DNA of 64,000 nucleotides from Vicinamibacteria bacterium (GTDB lineage: Bacteria; Acidobacteriota; Vicinamibacteria; Marinacidobacterales; Marinacidobacteraceae): the NCBI GenBank assembly GCA_964291235.2, contig OZ219815.1, positions 800,001 through 864,000 on the forward strand. The letters run 5' to 3'. The notes under the pieces were generated by a model. It saw nothing but the letters and a program-made list of their open reading frames with translations. It did no database searches and had not been told where the DNA came from. This document shows positions 1 to 9,606 of the stretch, in pieces; within the stretch, counting starts at the first letter, position 1, and the number at the start of each line of letters is the position of its first letter. Position numbers and translations under genes: made by a program.

Positions 1-426
1 GTCCAGGCGCTCGCGCTGCCCTTCACCCACATCGGCTCGGACGGAAGCGCCCTGGCGGCGGGAATGCGGACCCCGATGGGCAAGCCGCACCCCCGCTCGT
101 TCGGCACCTACCCCCGGGTGCTCGCCAAGTACGTGCGCGAGGAGGGACTCCTGACACTCGAGGAGGCCATCCGGAAGATGTCCTCCGCGCCGGCGAACCG
201 CCTCGGCCTCTCGGACCGCGGCGTGCTGCGCCCCGGAATGCGCGCCGACATGGTGCTCTTCGACCCGGACACGGTGCAGGACGAGGCCACTTTCGAGGAG
301 CCCGAGCGCTACCCGACCGGCATCCCCTGGGTCTTCGTCAACGGCGTCGCGATCATCGCCGAGGGGGAGCCGACGGGCGAGCTGCCGGGCCGGGTGCTCC
401 GGGGACCGGGGTACGTCGGACGGTGA
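1..426 (+). CDS. N-acyl-D-amino-acid deacylase / D-aminoacylase family amidohydrolase, 5'-truncated by the window
   Basis: Frame open from base 1 (…THIGSDG…). Motifs PHPRSFGTYPRVL, LEEAIRKMS, DRGVLRPGMRADMVLFDP and VFVNG are typical of the D-aminoacylase C-terminus. Confidence 0.9.
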   Translation, partial: VQALALPFTHIGSDGSALAAGMRTPMGKPHPRSFGTYPRVLAKYVREEGLLTLEEAIRKMSSAPANRLGLSDRGVLRPGMRADMVLFDPDTVQDEATFEEPERYPTGIPWVFVNGVAIIAEGEPTGELPGRVLRGPGYVGR

Positions 427-563
427 GAGGGACCGGATAGGGCGACCGGCACCCTGGCCCGGCAGGGCCGCGAAACACGAGAATCCAGGATGGCGATGCG
501 GGCTATGGCACGATTCATGGAAATGGTAGATCGAAGATTCATGGTAGAGTCCTTTTTCCTGGC

Positions 564-845
564 ATGTCAGATCCGCCTGGCCGATATCTCACCGCGCGGG
601 CAGTCGTGGACTCCGCCGGACGGCTGGTCATCCCGGCCGCCATCCGAAACGCCCTCGGATTTCGTGACCGCCAGGAAGTGATCCTGGCCCTCGAGGGCAC
701 GGCGGTCCGGATGACAACCGCCGAGGCGGCGTTGCAGTCCGCCGTGGCGGAAGCGCAGGCCCTTGCTCGCCAGCGTGGCAGTGGCAAAGGGGGGGAAGTG
801 GATGCCTTCATCGCTACCCGCCGGGACGACGCGGCGAAGGAGTGA
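564..845 (+). CDS. AbrB/MazE/SpoVT-family antitoxin (VapB-like)
   Basis: VDSAGRLVIPAAIRNALG swapped-hairpin motif; lies directly upstream of a PIN-domain gene. Confidence 0.85.
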   Translation: MSDPPGRYLTARAVVDSAGRLVIPAAIRNALGFRDRQEVILALEGTAVRMTTAEAALQSAVAEAQALARQRGSGKGGEVDAFIATRRDDAAKE

Positions 846-846
846 G

Positions 847-1236
847 GTGGCGCAATCTCTGTTGGACGCCTCCGCAGTCCTGGCGCTGATCCACGGTGAA
901 CCCGGGGCTGACGAGGTGGTCGCCGCCCTTCGGCACGGCGCGGCGATGTCCGCGGTCAATCTGGAGGAAGTCTCCGCGCACCTGGCCATTCGGGGCTGGA
1001 ACGCGGAGGAAGTGGCTACAACCATCGACAGCCTTCACATCGAGGTGGCGCCCTTCGATTCCGAGACGGCTCTTCGCAGCGGAACCCTTCGTCCGGCCAC
1101 GGCGTTCCTGGGACTCGGGCTCGGAGATCGCGCTTGCCTCGCCACTGCGGCGATCCGCGGCGTTCCGGCATTGACGGCCGACCGCGCGTGGCTCAAGCTC
1201 CGCCTCCCGGAACTTGAGGTTCGCTCCGTCCGTTGA
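847..1236 (+). CDS. VapC-family PIN-domain toxin
   Basis: GTG start 1 nt after the antitoxin stop. PIN motifs LLDASAVLA…EPGA, SAVNLEEV, GLGLGDRACLA and LTADRAW. Confidence 0.9.
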   Translation: MAQSLLDASAVLALIHGEPGADEVVAALRHGAAMSAVNLEEVSAHLAIRGWNAEEVATTIDSLHIEVAPFDSETALRSGTLRPATAFLGLGLGDRACLATAAIRGVPALTADRAWLKLRLPELEVRSVR

Positions 1237-1258
1237 TCGTAGGGTGCTTCGGACCCTG

Positions 1259-1512
1259 TCAAACGACCGGGCGGTTCGGTCCCGAAGGGCTTTTCGGAAG
1301 TTGCTCCGGATAAAACTGGCTATACCACTTGCGCATCTGGCTCAGGGGTCCGTCAGCCGCGGCCCAGAAGGGGCGCTGCCGGTAGATCTTGTGCTTCCAG
1401 ATCTCCGCACGCCGCCGGGCTTGATTTCCCGAGACGCCGCCACCCGGTACCAGCCGTCCGGAAATGGCGGTGGATAGGTGAGGGCCCGGAAGCGTGTCAG
1501 TTCGCTGGACAT
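1259..1512 (-). pseudogene. Internally deleted Rieske non-heme iron oxygenase (KshA/Neverland-like): N-terminus fused out of frame to C-terminus
   Basis: 1512-1406 encodes MSSELTRFRALTYPPPFPDGWYRVAASREIKPGGV. 1405-1259, in another frame, encodes EIWKHKIYRQRPFWAAADGPLSQMRKWYSQFYPEQ…*. Both match the termini of KshA/Neverland-type oxygenases; the Rieske core is absent. Confidence 0.75.
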
Positions 1513-1682
1513 GCAGCCTTTGGCACTCTCAGCGATCCAGTGAACCGGCCCCGTGTTTGCAGGCCCGGGACACCGTAGCGATGGGGGCGCGCGCGCCGCG
1601 CGGCGGACGGAAGCGCCGGTCGCGGAAACACCCCATTGACAGGGGGCCGCGCCTAGCGCAATCTCCGCGCGCCGGAATCTCG

Positions 1683-2969
1683 ATGACCGCCCTCCGCCCT
1701 GCCCACGCCGCGTTCCTGGCCGCCAGCCTCCTGCTCGGCCTCGCTCACGCCGCACTCGCCCAGAACGGGAACGGGCGGCCGAACGTCTTCTTCGACTGTT
1801 CCGGGCCCCGGTGCGATTCGCGCTACTACCGCACCGAGATCACCTGGGTGAACTGGGTCAACGACAAGGAGGACGCCAACGTCCACCTCATCATGACCAG
1901 CCAGACGACCGGCGCCGGCGGACGGGAATACCTCTTCCATTTCATCGGCACCGACGAAGAAACGGGCTACGACGACGAGCACGGCTACCGGTCGCTGCCG
2001 ACCGACACCGACCGAGAGACGCTGGACGGGATCGTCCACACCATGGGGCTCGGGTTCGCCATGTTCGCGGACGAGGCCGGATACCGCGGGCTGGTCGTCA
2101 TGAGTCCGATAGACCGGGAGGAAGCGGCGGTGGCTCGAGGGGTTGTCGCCCGGGACGAGGTGGAGGATCCCTGGAACCTCTGGGTGTTCCGCGTCGACGG
2201 GGAGGTGGGAATCGACGGCGAGACCAGCGAGCGCCGCACCAGCCTGGAGGGGGGGTTCTCGGCTTCGCGGGTGACCCCCGACTGGCGGGTCCGGTTCTCG
2301 GGGGACATCGAGAACGACCGTCTCTCGATCGAGCTTTCCGACGGGACCTTCGAGGACACCCGGACCAACTGGAGCTTTGACACCCAGGTGGTGTACGCCC
2401 TCCTCGACCACTGGTCCGTCGGAATGGACACCAACACCAGCCGCAACCTGACCTACAACCAGGACCTGCGCGTCGAGCTGTCACCCGCCCTGGAGTACAG
2501 CGTCTTCCCCTACGACGAAGCGACCCGCCGCAGCTTCACCTTCTACTACACGATCGGGCCGGCGTATCGCGATTACGCGGAGAGCACGATCTACGGCGAG
2601 ACCGAGGAGACGCGCTGGGAACAGGCGATGAACGTCCGCTTCGGCCAGCGCCAGCCGTGGGGCAACGCCTCGATCAACCTGCGAGGTTCGCACTTCCTGC
2701 ACGACTTCGGCCAGCGCCTGGTGTCCCTCGGAGGCCGCCTCTCCTTCCGGGTCTTCCGCGGTCTCGAACTCGAGTTCTCCGGCAACGTCTCGCAGGTCAA
2801 CGACCAGATCTACCTCGCCGCCGAAGAGGCCACCGATGAGGAGGCCCTGCTGCAGCTCCAGCAGCGGGCGACCGATTTCGACTACCGGATGGAGGTGGGG
2901 TTCCAGTTCCGGTTTGGGTCCATCTTCAACAACGTGGTGAACAACCGGTTCCGGCGCCGCCGGTTCTGA
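1683..2969 (+). CDS. Exported hypothetical protein, probable outer-membrane beta-barrel (DUF481-like)
   Basis: Signal peptide ending AHAALA-Q; amphipathic beta-strand pattern; C-terminus FRFGSIFNNVVNNRF. Start placed at ATG 1683. Confidence 0.6.
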   Translation: MTALRPAHAAFLAASLLLGLAHAALAQNGNGRPNVFFDCSGPRCDSRYYRTEITWVNWVNDKEDANVHLIMTSQTTGAGGREYLFHFIGTDEETGYDDEHGYRSLPTDTDRETLDGIVHTMGLGFAMFADEAGYRGLVVMSPIDREEAAVARGVVARDEVEDPWNLWVFRVDGEVGIDGETSERRTSLEGGFSASRVTPDWRVRFSGDIENDRLSIELSDGTFEDTRTNWSFDTQVVYALLDHWSVGMDTNTSRNLTYNQDLRVELSPALEYSVFPYDEATRRSFTFYYTIGPAYRDYAESTIYGETEETRWEQAMNVRFGQRQPWGNASINLRGSHFLHDFGQRLVSLGGRLSFRVFRGLELEFSGNVSQVNDQIYLAAEEATDEEALLQLQQRATDFDYRMEVGFQFRFGSIFNNVVNNRFRRRRF

Positions 2970-2992
2970 GGACCAGGCCTGCCGCCCGCCCG

Positions 2993-5900
2993 TCAGTAGG
3001 CGCGGCGGAAACGAAAGTCCACCCCGAGCGATCCGTCCTCGTCCCGCGAGAGGATCCAGGTGACGCGACCGCGCACGTACTCGACCACGACGATGGCCTC
3101 GTCGGCGTCTGAGAGGCTCGACGAGTAGCGGACGTTGACCTCCGGGGTGAGCTGCTTGCTGAGGGTCACCCGCGCCGTCGGGTTGCTGAAACGACCGATC
3201 ATGAAGGGATCGACGGTGACCCGATCGATTCCGAATACCCGGCCCGCCCGGTTGCCAATCATGCTGCTGAACTGCTGGCTCAGCAGGTTGGTGGCGGAAA
3301 CGGCCGCGACCGGGTCGTCCGTCGGGGCCCTCAGCAGATTCTGCTCGGGGACGCCGGACAGCAACTGAAGGATGTCCGTCTGCCGCAGGGGAGGTTCGGA
3401 ACTCAGGCTCGCGTCGATTTCATCGACGGTTCCCGAAGCGGTCAGGCGCACTCGATAGTTCCGGATGTTCGCTTCCGCGGCGACGTCGAACAGTGGCTCG
3501 ATGCTCGTGGGATCGATGAACTCGGCGCGCCCGGAGACGATTTCGAAGCGGTGGGCGCCCACGTACAGCTCGCCCTCGACCAGGTCGGCGCGCCCCACCA
3601 TCGCGGGCGACCCGGCGGAGCCCTGAAGCCCGAGAGCGGCATCGGCGGCCAGGTTGAAGATCGAGTTGCGGACCGCGAAAGGAGAGTCGGTCTCGACCCG
3701 CACATCCAGCAACACATCGTCCACAAACCCGCCCGCATCCGTGCCTTCGGGAACGGCGATGTCGTCGGCTTCGGCGAACAGGGTGGTGGACAGTTCGTAC
3801 TCACGACTCCAGACCGCGTCGTCCACCCGGACCTCCCCGGAGAGCATGCGTCCGCCCTGATCACCCAGGATCCTCAGATCGGCATTCACGGTGGCGCTGA
3901 AGTCGGCTGGATAACGGATCCGGGCGTCCGTCAATTGAACCCGCACGTCGCTGGCTCCGACTTCCGCCGCGTCGATCAGGACCGAACCCGAGACGGCAAT
4001 GTCACCCGACGCGAGGCGGCCCTTCACCTCGTCCAACGTCAGGGTCCGCCGGTCGAAGCTCACCGAGCCACCCAGCTCACTCACGCCGTGCGGAAATCCG
4101 TCCACGCGGAAGGAAGCGTCCCGGATCGTCCCCGTGCCGAACATCTCGGGGTCGGTGGTGGGACCGGCGATCGTGATCTCCAGTTCCAGCTCGCCGTCCG
4201 CGGTTAGCCCGGACACGAACGGCTCGGCCGCTCGCAACGCACTGCGCCCGAGCAGGGTCAGGTCGAGACGCTCCTCGTCGAGATCGATGGAACCCCCTAT
4301 CTCGAGCGCACCCTCGGCGTGGGCAAGACGGAATCCGTCTACCCGGACGGCGCCGTCCTCCATCAGGATGCGGGTCGGACCGGCGGATTCGGCGACGAGG
4401 TCCGGCGCGGAGACCTTGAGACGGTCAAGGGTTGCAGTTCCCGTCATCCACTCGTCGAGGGGGTCTTCGACGCGAAAATCGCCGGTCCCGCTTGCCAGGA
4501 TCGAGATCCCGCGCTCCTCGGCCGCATCCACGAGCAGCGACGCGACGTCGAAGTCCCGGAAGGCGGCTGCCACCGCCATCTCGGCCGCCAGCGTCCCGGC
4601 AATGCGGAAGGACGCAGCTCCGGAGTCGAGGCCGCCGCTCGCTTCGAAGCGCTCGCCGACGATCGATGCCTCGATTGCCCCCGGACCGACGGGAGCGTCG
4701 AGCACCGCGACGCTGGGAATCGTCCCTGCCAGGTGGAGTTCCGGAACCAGCAGATCCCCCGCGACATCCACCCGCAGGTCCGAGCGCATCGCAATCCAGT
4801 CGAGTTCCAGTCCGGGCGCCAGGGGATAGTCCACGCCGGTCAGGGAGCCTTCCATCGTTCCGTCCACCAGGTCGATGGCAAGGGTTCCCTCGGCGCGCCC
4901 ACCGCGGAAGATCGCCGTCATCGGTTCCAGGCGGACGGACTCGCCGTCCAGATCCCACGCAATGGACAGTTCGTCGAACGGCTGTTCCAGGAAGGTTCCG
5001 GCGGCACCCGTCAGGGCGCCGCCGCCGTAGTAGCGCTCGTCGCGCCGCACCGTGTTGCTCCGCCCGCCGACGAGGCCTTCCGCCTCAAGGTCCCATTCGA
5101 GGAAATCGATGATCTCCCGAATGTCCCACCCGTCCCACTCGGCGTCGAACTCCAGGTCGGCAAACTCGCCGGGCCCGCGATCGAAGACCCCGGAGGCGGA
5201 GATGGTTCCCTCCCCGGCGCGGGCGTTCAGGCTCTCCAGCCGGATGGCGGCGGGAGCGATCTCGGCGGCCGCGACGAGGGTCTCGGTGTGGAACGTGGAG
5301 AAACGCAAACCCTGCCCCTCGACGGTTCCGGCGATGACCAGCTCAGGCCAGGGACCCCGCACGGTTCCCTCGAACCGGCAGGCGCCGGACACATCCCAGG
5401 CGATCGTCTCCGGGTCCTCTCCGAAAGCCACGCGCCAGATTTCCTGCTGCAGAGCGTCCACCTCCGCCGCGTCTCCCGCGAAGCCGGCGACCACCAGTTC
5501 GGCGTTCCCGGTTCGCAGGTAACGGCCCTCGAGCGTGGTCCCGAAACCGGTGCCTTCGGCCGCGAATTGCCGGATGCTGACGGCCTCCCCGTCGATCGCC
5601 AGACCCGCCTCGAACCCGAGAGGCAACTCTCCGGCTTCGGCTTCCGGCTTTTCTCCGCTGGCCTCCACCGTCCCCGTCAGCAGCAGGGGATTCGCCATCG
5701 GCACCCGGAGGTCGGCAGCCAGGGACATCCGGGAGCGAAGTGAGGTCGGCTTCCCGAAGACTCCCTCAAGGGCGCGGGACATGGAGGCATCGCTGACGGT
5801 CAGCACGATCTCCGCCGGGTTTTGTTCGGCCGGCTGGACCTGAAGCACCTGCAGCGTGGCGGTTCCCCCGGAGACGAACCCCTGGGAGGAGACTTCGAGT

Positions 5901-6886
5901 CGCTCCGGGTCCCAGTGGACGACCGTCCGCCAGTCCCGGAGCGGGACTCCGTGGAGGCGGGCGCCCGAGAGCGCGAACTCGCCGTCGAGCGCGAACCGGT
6001 TCTCTCCGAATCCCAGGGCGCCGTCGAAGCGCGCCTCCGGATCCCCGCGGGTGTCGAGCTCCTCGAAGCCGAGCAGGAAACGGCCGAGCCCGCCGGCATT
6101 CCCGCTGAGGCCGACCCGCAGGTCGCCGTCCGGTTCTCCGTCGAGGTCCAGCGACCCTTCCAGATCCACCGTCAGCAGATCGGATTGAACGTTGAACCGA
6201 TCGAGATGAAACCGGTTCCCGCGGATCCGGAACTCCGCGTTCAGGGCCAGAGGAAGCTCCGGCTGTTCCCGGAGACGGAATGCTCCCGCCGCGGACCGGA
6301 TCTCCCCATCAACCTCAGCCGCGTCCGCCACCCGGAACTCGACGGCCACGTCATCCACCCGCACTTCCCACGGCGTGGGCAGACTCCGATACCCGATGGT
6401 CCTGCCCGTCACCGAAATGCGGTCCGAAGAAAACGAGAGGCGGCTCGCCAGCGCTTCGAACCCCGATCCGGAAGCGGCAGGATCGGAGGGCGGCGGACTC
6501 CCGTCGTCGAATCCCCAGGAACTGAGCCCCTCGATCGCCAGGCTCTCGAAATGAAAACGTCCCCCGAGCAGGGACCACAGGCCCAGGTTCCCCCTGATCT
6601 CTTCGATCGAAAGGGCCGGGGGCGCCGGACCCGTGTCCAGCGGCTCTCCTCCCACCTGGAAGCCGCGAACGACGAACGCACCCTCCGGAAGCGAGATCCG
6701 GAAGCCGCCGGCCGCGACGGGACGATCGAGCGCCGCGGAGAGCCGGCCCGTCACGAAGCCCAGCAGCCGGTCCTCATCAACCAGGCTCACCACGACCGCG
6801 GCGGTTGCGAGCAGGAGCACCAGGCCGACGGCCAGGAGCGCGGCGACGCGGCGAAGTCTGCGCGCGGAGGCGACCTCGGCGCTCAT
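2993..6886 (-). CDS. tamB: Translocation and assembly module TamB / AsmA-like protein
   Basis: About 1300 aa with an N-terminal TM anchor and beta-taco-like repeats. DUF490-like C-terminus (LSSEPPLRQTDILQLL, VTLSKQLT…YS, LGVDFRFRRAY). Confidence 0.8.
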   Translation of the reverse strand: MSAEVASARRLRRVAALLAVGLVLLLATAAVVVSLVDEDRLLGFVTGRLSAALDRPVAAGGFRISLPEGAFVVRGFQVGGEPLDTGPAPPALSIEEIRGNLGLWSLLGGRFHFESLAIEGLSSWGFDDGSPPPSDPAASGSGFEALASRLSFSSDRISVTGRTIGYRSLPTPWEVRVDDVAVEFRVADAAEVDGEIRSAAGAFRLREQPELPLALNAEFRIRGNRFHLDRFNVQSDLLTVDLEGSLDLDGEPDGDLRVGLSGNAGGLGRFLLGFEELDTRGDPEARFDGALGFGENRFALDGEFALSGARLHGVPLRDWRTVVHWDPERLEVSSQGFVSGGTATLQVLQVQPAEQNPAEIVLTVSDASMSRALEGVFGKPTSLRSRMSLAADLRVPMANPLLLTGTVEASGEKPEAEAGELPLGFEAGLAIDGEAVSIRQFAAEGTGFGTTLEGRYLRTGNAELVVAGFAGDAAEVDALQQEIWRVAFGEDPETIAWDVSGACRFEGTVRGPWPELVIAGTVEGQGLRFSTFHTETLVAAAEIAPAAIRLESLNARAGEGTISASGVFDRGPGEFADLEFDAEWDGWDIREIIDFLEWDLEAEGLVGGRSNTVRRDERYYGGGALTGAAGTFLEQPFDELSIAWDLDGESVRLEPMTAIFRGGRAEGTLAIDLVDGTMEGSLTGVDYPLAPGLELDWIAMRSDLRVDVAGDLLVPELHLAGTIPSVAVLDAPVGPGAIEASIVGERFEASGGLDSGAASFRIAGTLAAEMAVAAAFRDFDVASLLVDAAEERGISILASGTGDFRVEDPLDEWMTGTATLDRLKVSAPDLVAESAGPTRILMEDGAVRVDGFRLAHAEGALEIGGSIDLDEERLDLTLLGRSALRAAEPFVSGLTADGELELEITIAGPTTDPEMFGTGTIRDASFRVDGFPHGVSELGGSVSFDRRTLTLDEVKGRLASGDIAVSGSVLIDAAEVGASDVRVQLTDARIRYPADFSATVNADLRILGDQGGRMLSGEVRVDDAVWSREYELSTTLFAEADDIAVPEGTDAGGFVDDVLLDVRVETDSPFAVRNSIFNLAADAALGLQGSAGSPAMVGRADLVEGELYVGAHRFEIVSGRAEFIDPTSIEPLFDVAAEANIRNYRVRLTASGTVDEIDASLSSEPPLRQTDILQLLSGVPEQNLLRAPTDDPVAAVSATNLLSQQFSSMIGNRAGRVFGIDRVTVDPFMIGRFSNPTARVTLSKQLTPEVNVRYSSSLSDADEAIVVVEYVRGRVTWILSRDEDGSLGVDFRFRRAY

Positions 6887-6903
6887 TGCACCCTCACCGC
6901 GCG

Positions 6904-7962
6904 TCACCTGGGCTCCGGGCAAACGTCGCCGTGGAACTCCTCGTCGGTGAGGTCGCCGCGCGCGAAGCTGCCGCCGTCGCGGGTCTTTCCATCGGCGTCG
7001 ATGGCGCAGTAGGTGAGGCGATCCCGGGTCGCGTGCAGGTACACGAAGTGATTGAAGGCGCCGCGGTCCTCGCGCCGGACCACGCGTTCATCGTCCCGGG
7101 CGGAGTCCGGCTTCTTTCCCCCGGCGCCGCTCACGAAGTACCGGATGCCGCGCTGCGGCCTGAGTCGCGCGTAGAGGTGCTGATGGCCCTGGAAGACGGC
7201 GTCCACGCCGTGTTCCAGGAAGATCGGTTCGAGTTCGGCCCGCAGCACGGCATCGTCACCCCGGCAGATGAATCCGAGCCACTGGCATCGCCTCGGCGTG
7301 TACATCGTCCCGTGCATGGCCACCACCTTCCAGCGGGCTCGGGAGCCTCGCAAGGCTTCGGCCAGCCAACGGAGTTGAGGATCGTCCGTGCCGTCCTCGA
7401 TCATCGTGTCGTCCTTTCCCAGCGTGTTCGAGTCGAGCACGAAGACCTCGACGAGCGGGGTCGGTGATGACTGCGGACGGCCGCCCGAAATTTCGATCGA
7501 GTAGTAGCGGAAGCCGTCCCGGTAGCCGAACTCGGGCGTCGCCAGGTGAGCCTCCACTTCGCAGTCGCGCGACAGCGCGTATGCGTGTTCATCGCGGGGA
7601 ATCGGTCTCACGCCCGATTCCCGGCATCGCTCCACGTCGTGGTTGCCAAGCGCGGCATGGATTCGCACGCCCAGCGACAGGACGCCCCGGAAGACCTCAA
7701 GGAATCTGCTCGCGATAAGGCGCGCCTCGCCATGCTCATAGACGTTGTCCCCGAGCAAGAAGACGTGAGACACGGGGAGCTGCTCGGCCGTGTGCCGGAT
7801 CCGGGCCGCCACCTTCCGGGCGCGCTCGTCGCCCGTGCCGGTATCCCCGACGAGGATCAAATGCGCCGCGGGCGCCGAACCCTGGTGCTGCGCAGCGGAC
7901 GGCGCGGCGCCGCGGGCGCCGGCCACCAGGAGGCACACCAGGATGGTCCGGAAGATCCCCAT
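6904..7962 (-). CDS. Exported calcineurin-like metallophosphoesterase (purple acid phosphatase-like)
   Basis: GDTG, LGDNVY, LGNHD and GHQH motifs, plus YFVSGAGG and a signal peptide. Confidence 0.9.
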   Translation of the reverse strand: MGIFRTILVCLLVAGARGAAPSAAQHQGSAPAAHLILVGDTGTGDERARKVAARIRHTAEQLPVSHVFLLGDNVYEHGEARLIASRFLEVFRGVLSLGVRIHAALGNHDVERCRESGVRPIPRDEHAYALSRDCEVEAHLATPEFGYRDGFRYYSIEISGGRPQSSPTPLVEVFVLDSNTLGKDDTMIEDGTDDPQLRWLAEALRGSRARWKVVAMHGTMYTPRRCQWLGFICRGDDAVLRAELEPIFLEHGVDAVFQGHQHLYARLRPQRGIRYFVSGAGGKKPDSARDDERVVRREDRGAFNHFVYLHATRDRLTYCAIDADGKTRDGGSFARGDLTDEEFHGDVCPEPR

Positions 7963-7975
7963 GGCTCCGGGGCCG

Positions 7976-8863
7976 TCATTCGCTCCCGCTCGGCGCGGGA
8001 TAGGCGGTCAGGATCGCTCTGTCCTCGCCTCCTTCGTCAGCAACCAGAAGCGTACCGTCCGCGGTGAACGTGATGCCTTCCAGTTGACGATGCCATCCGG
8101 CAAGAAACCGCCTCGCGGCGACGACCTCTCCTTCCGGAGTGACCTCCGCGATAGCGCCCTGACGAGCCGCAACAACGAAGTAGTTCCCTGAAACAGGGTG
8201 TAGCTCGATGCCGGATGGGCGGTACCGGTTCGCGCCGATGCGCCCAGCCAACTCACGCACCGGAATGGTGGTGGGCGCGCCGTCCCGCAACCGTTTGTCC
8301 TCGACGGACCAGCGATAGATCGCCACTTGCCCCACCAAATCCGCGGTACGGGGGTCCTTGCACATCAGCAGCAGTTCCCGCGGCCTTTCGTCGTATGCCA
8401 GGCCCTCGACTTCGCAGGCCCGTCCAACACCGGTTGCGTAGACGGTGAACAGGACCGATTCGCCGTCACTCCCTTCAGGGAACTCGTACAGGCGTCCGGC
8501 GCTGCTGACCAGGTAGATCCGCCCATCAGCCACCGCGATGCCTTCGAAGTCATCCGCCACCGGACCTCCCACATCAGCCAACTGGAACTCCTTCAGGACC
8601 GAACCGGTCCGCACGTCGAGTTCGAAAATGATCCCCGCTTCATCATTGTGCGCCAGCAGGCGCTGGTCCCCGGTCCTTGCCAGACCGGAAATCTCCCGGA
8701 GCCGCCGCGGAAGTTCCCAGTGCGTCGCGTCCTCGGGTCTCAACCCGTAATTCTCAAGGGAAACTGCCGGCTGAGCTTCCGCGGATGCCGCATTGTCCGC
8801 ACGGAAGCTCCCAACGCCGAGCAGCAGGAGCAGACCGGGGACGGCTCCCGACAGGAATCTCAA
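7976..8863 (-). CDS. SdiA-regulated (YjiK)-like beta-propeller protein
   Basis: Signal peptide; repeated EISGL, DFEGIA, EVEGLA, PSGI and QLEGIT blade motifs; HNDE. Confidence 0.75.
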   Translation of the reverse strand: MRFLSGAVPGLLLLLGVGSFRADNAASAEAQPAVSLENYGLRPEDATHWELPRRLREISGLARTGDQRLLAHNDEAGIIFELDVRTGSVLKEFQLADVGGPVADDFEGIAVADGRIYLVSSAGRLYEFPEGSDGESVLFTVYATGVGRACEVEGLAYDERPRELLLMCKDPRTADLVGQVAIYRWSVEDKRLRDGAPTTIPVRELAGRIGANRYRPSGIELHPVSGNYFVVAARQGAIAEVTPEGEVVAARRFLAGWHRQLEGITFTADGTLLVADEGGEDRAILTAYPAPSGSE

Positions 8864-8882
8864 CCGGAACGCTCGCCGCGCG

Positions 8883-9587
8883 TCACGGGGTTTGGGGCTT
8901 GCCGGCCGCTTTTGACGCCTGGTCCAGTTCGTCCGGATGGACGATCCTCCACCCGGACAGCACTGCCGGCTTCGCTCCGAAATTGCTCTTCCACACCGCC
9001 AGGGTGATGACGACGAAGATCAACGACGCGAGGTAGGCGACGCTCGTCAACTGCGTGCCGGCCGCCAGGCCGATCCCGATCGCCATCAACATGTAAACGG
9101 CGTCCGTGGGTTGGTTGAGCGAAGCCCGGAAACGGACGGCGGCCACGATCCCCGCCAGGCCGAAGGCGAGGGCGACGCTGCCCTTGACCAGGAACACCAC
9201 CAAGGCGATGGCGATCGGGATCACGAGCAGGGTGTGCGCGAAGGACTGGCTGTACTTCTTTTTCTGGTGGGTCCAGCGATACACCCAGGTGATCGGGAGC
9301 GTCACGCCGAAGGCGAGGGTCAGGGCGACGACCACCGGGACCGTGTGCGACGGGTCGATCAACAGGTTGACGCCCTCTTGGTCGGCCAACTGGCCGAGTC
9401 CCCTCTGGATGTCCTCGAACACCGCCGAAACGTCCGCTCCGGCGTCGGACAGCGTCCCGATGAAGAAGCGGTCCCGCTCCTGGGAGATGTAGTAGCGCAT
9501 TCGGGGGAAGAGATGGAACGCGCCGGCGAGAAGCCCGAGCCAGGACAGGTAGTAGATCGCGAGCCGGACGAGAATGTTGTTGAGCAT
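8883..9587 (-). CDS. DUF4956-family membrane protein
   Basis: YSQSFAHTL…, SVALAFGLAGIVAAVRFR…D..Y…IGIGLAAG signature; several TM helices. Confidence 0.8.
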   Translation of the reverse strand: MLNNILVRLAIYYLSWLGLLAGAFHLFPRMRYYISQERDRFFIGTLSDAGADVSAVFEDIQRGLGQLADQEGVNLLIDPSHTVPVVVALTLAFGVTLPITWVYRWTHQKKKYSQSFAHTLLVIPIAIALVVFLVKGSVALAFGLAGIVAAVRFRASLNQPTDAVYMLMAIGIGLAAGTQLTSVAYLASLIFVVITLAVWKSNFGAKPAVLSGWRIVHPDELDQASKAAGKPQTP

Positions 9588-9606
9588 GCGCCTTCTCCTG
9601 TCTTCG

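Noticed and set aside
505-550. Short direct repeats (GATTCATGG, ATGGTAGA) upstream of vapBC as an operator
   Set aside because: Plausible, but too short and irregular to support a call.
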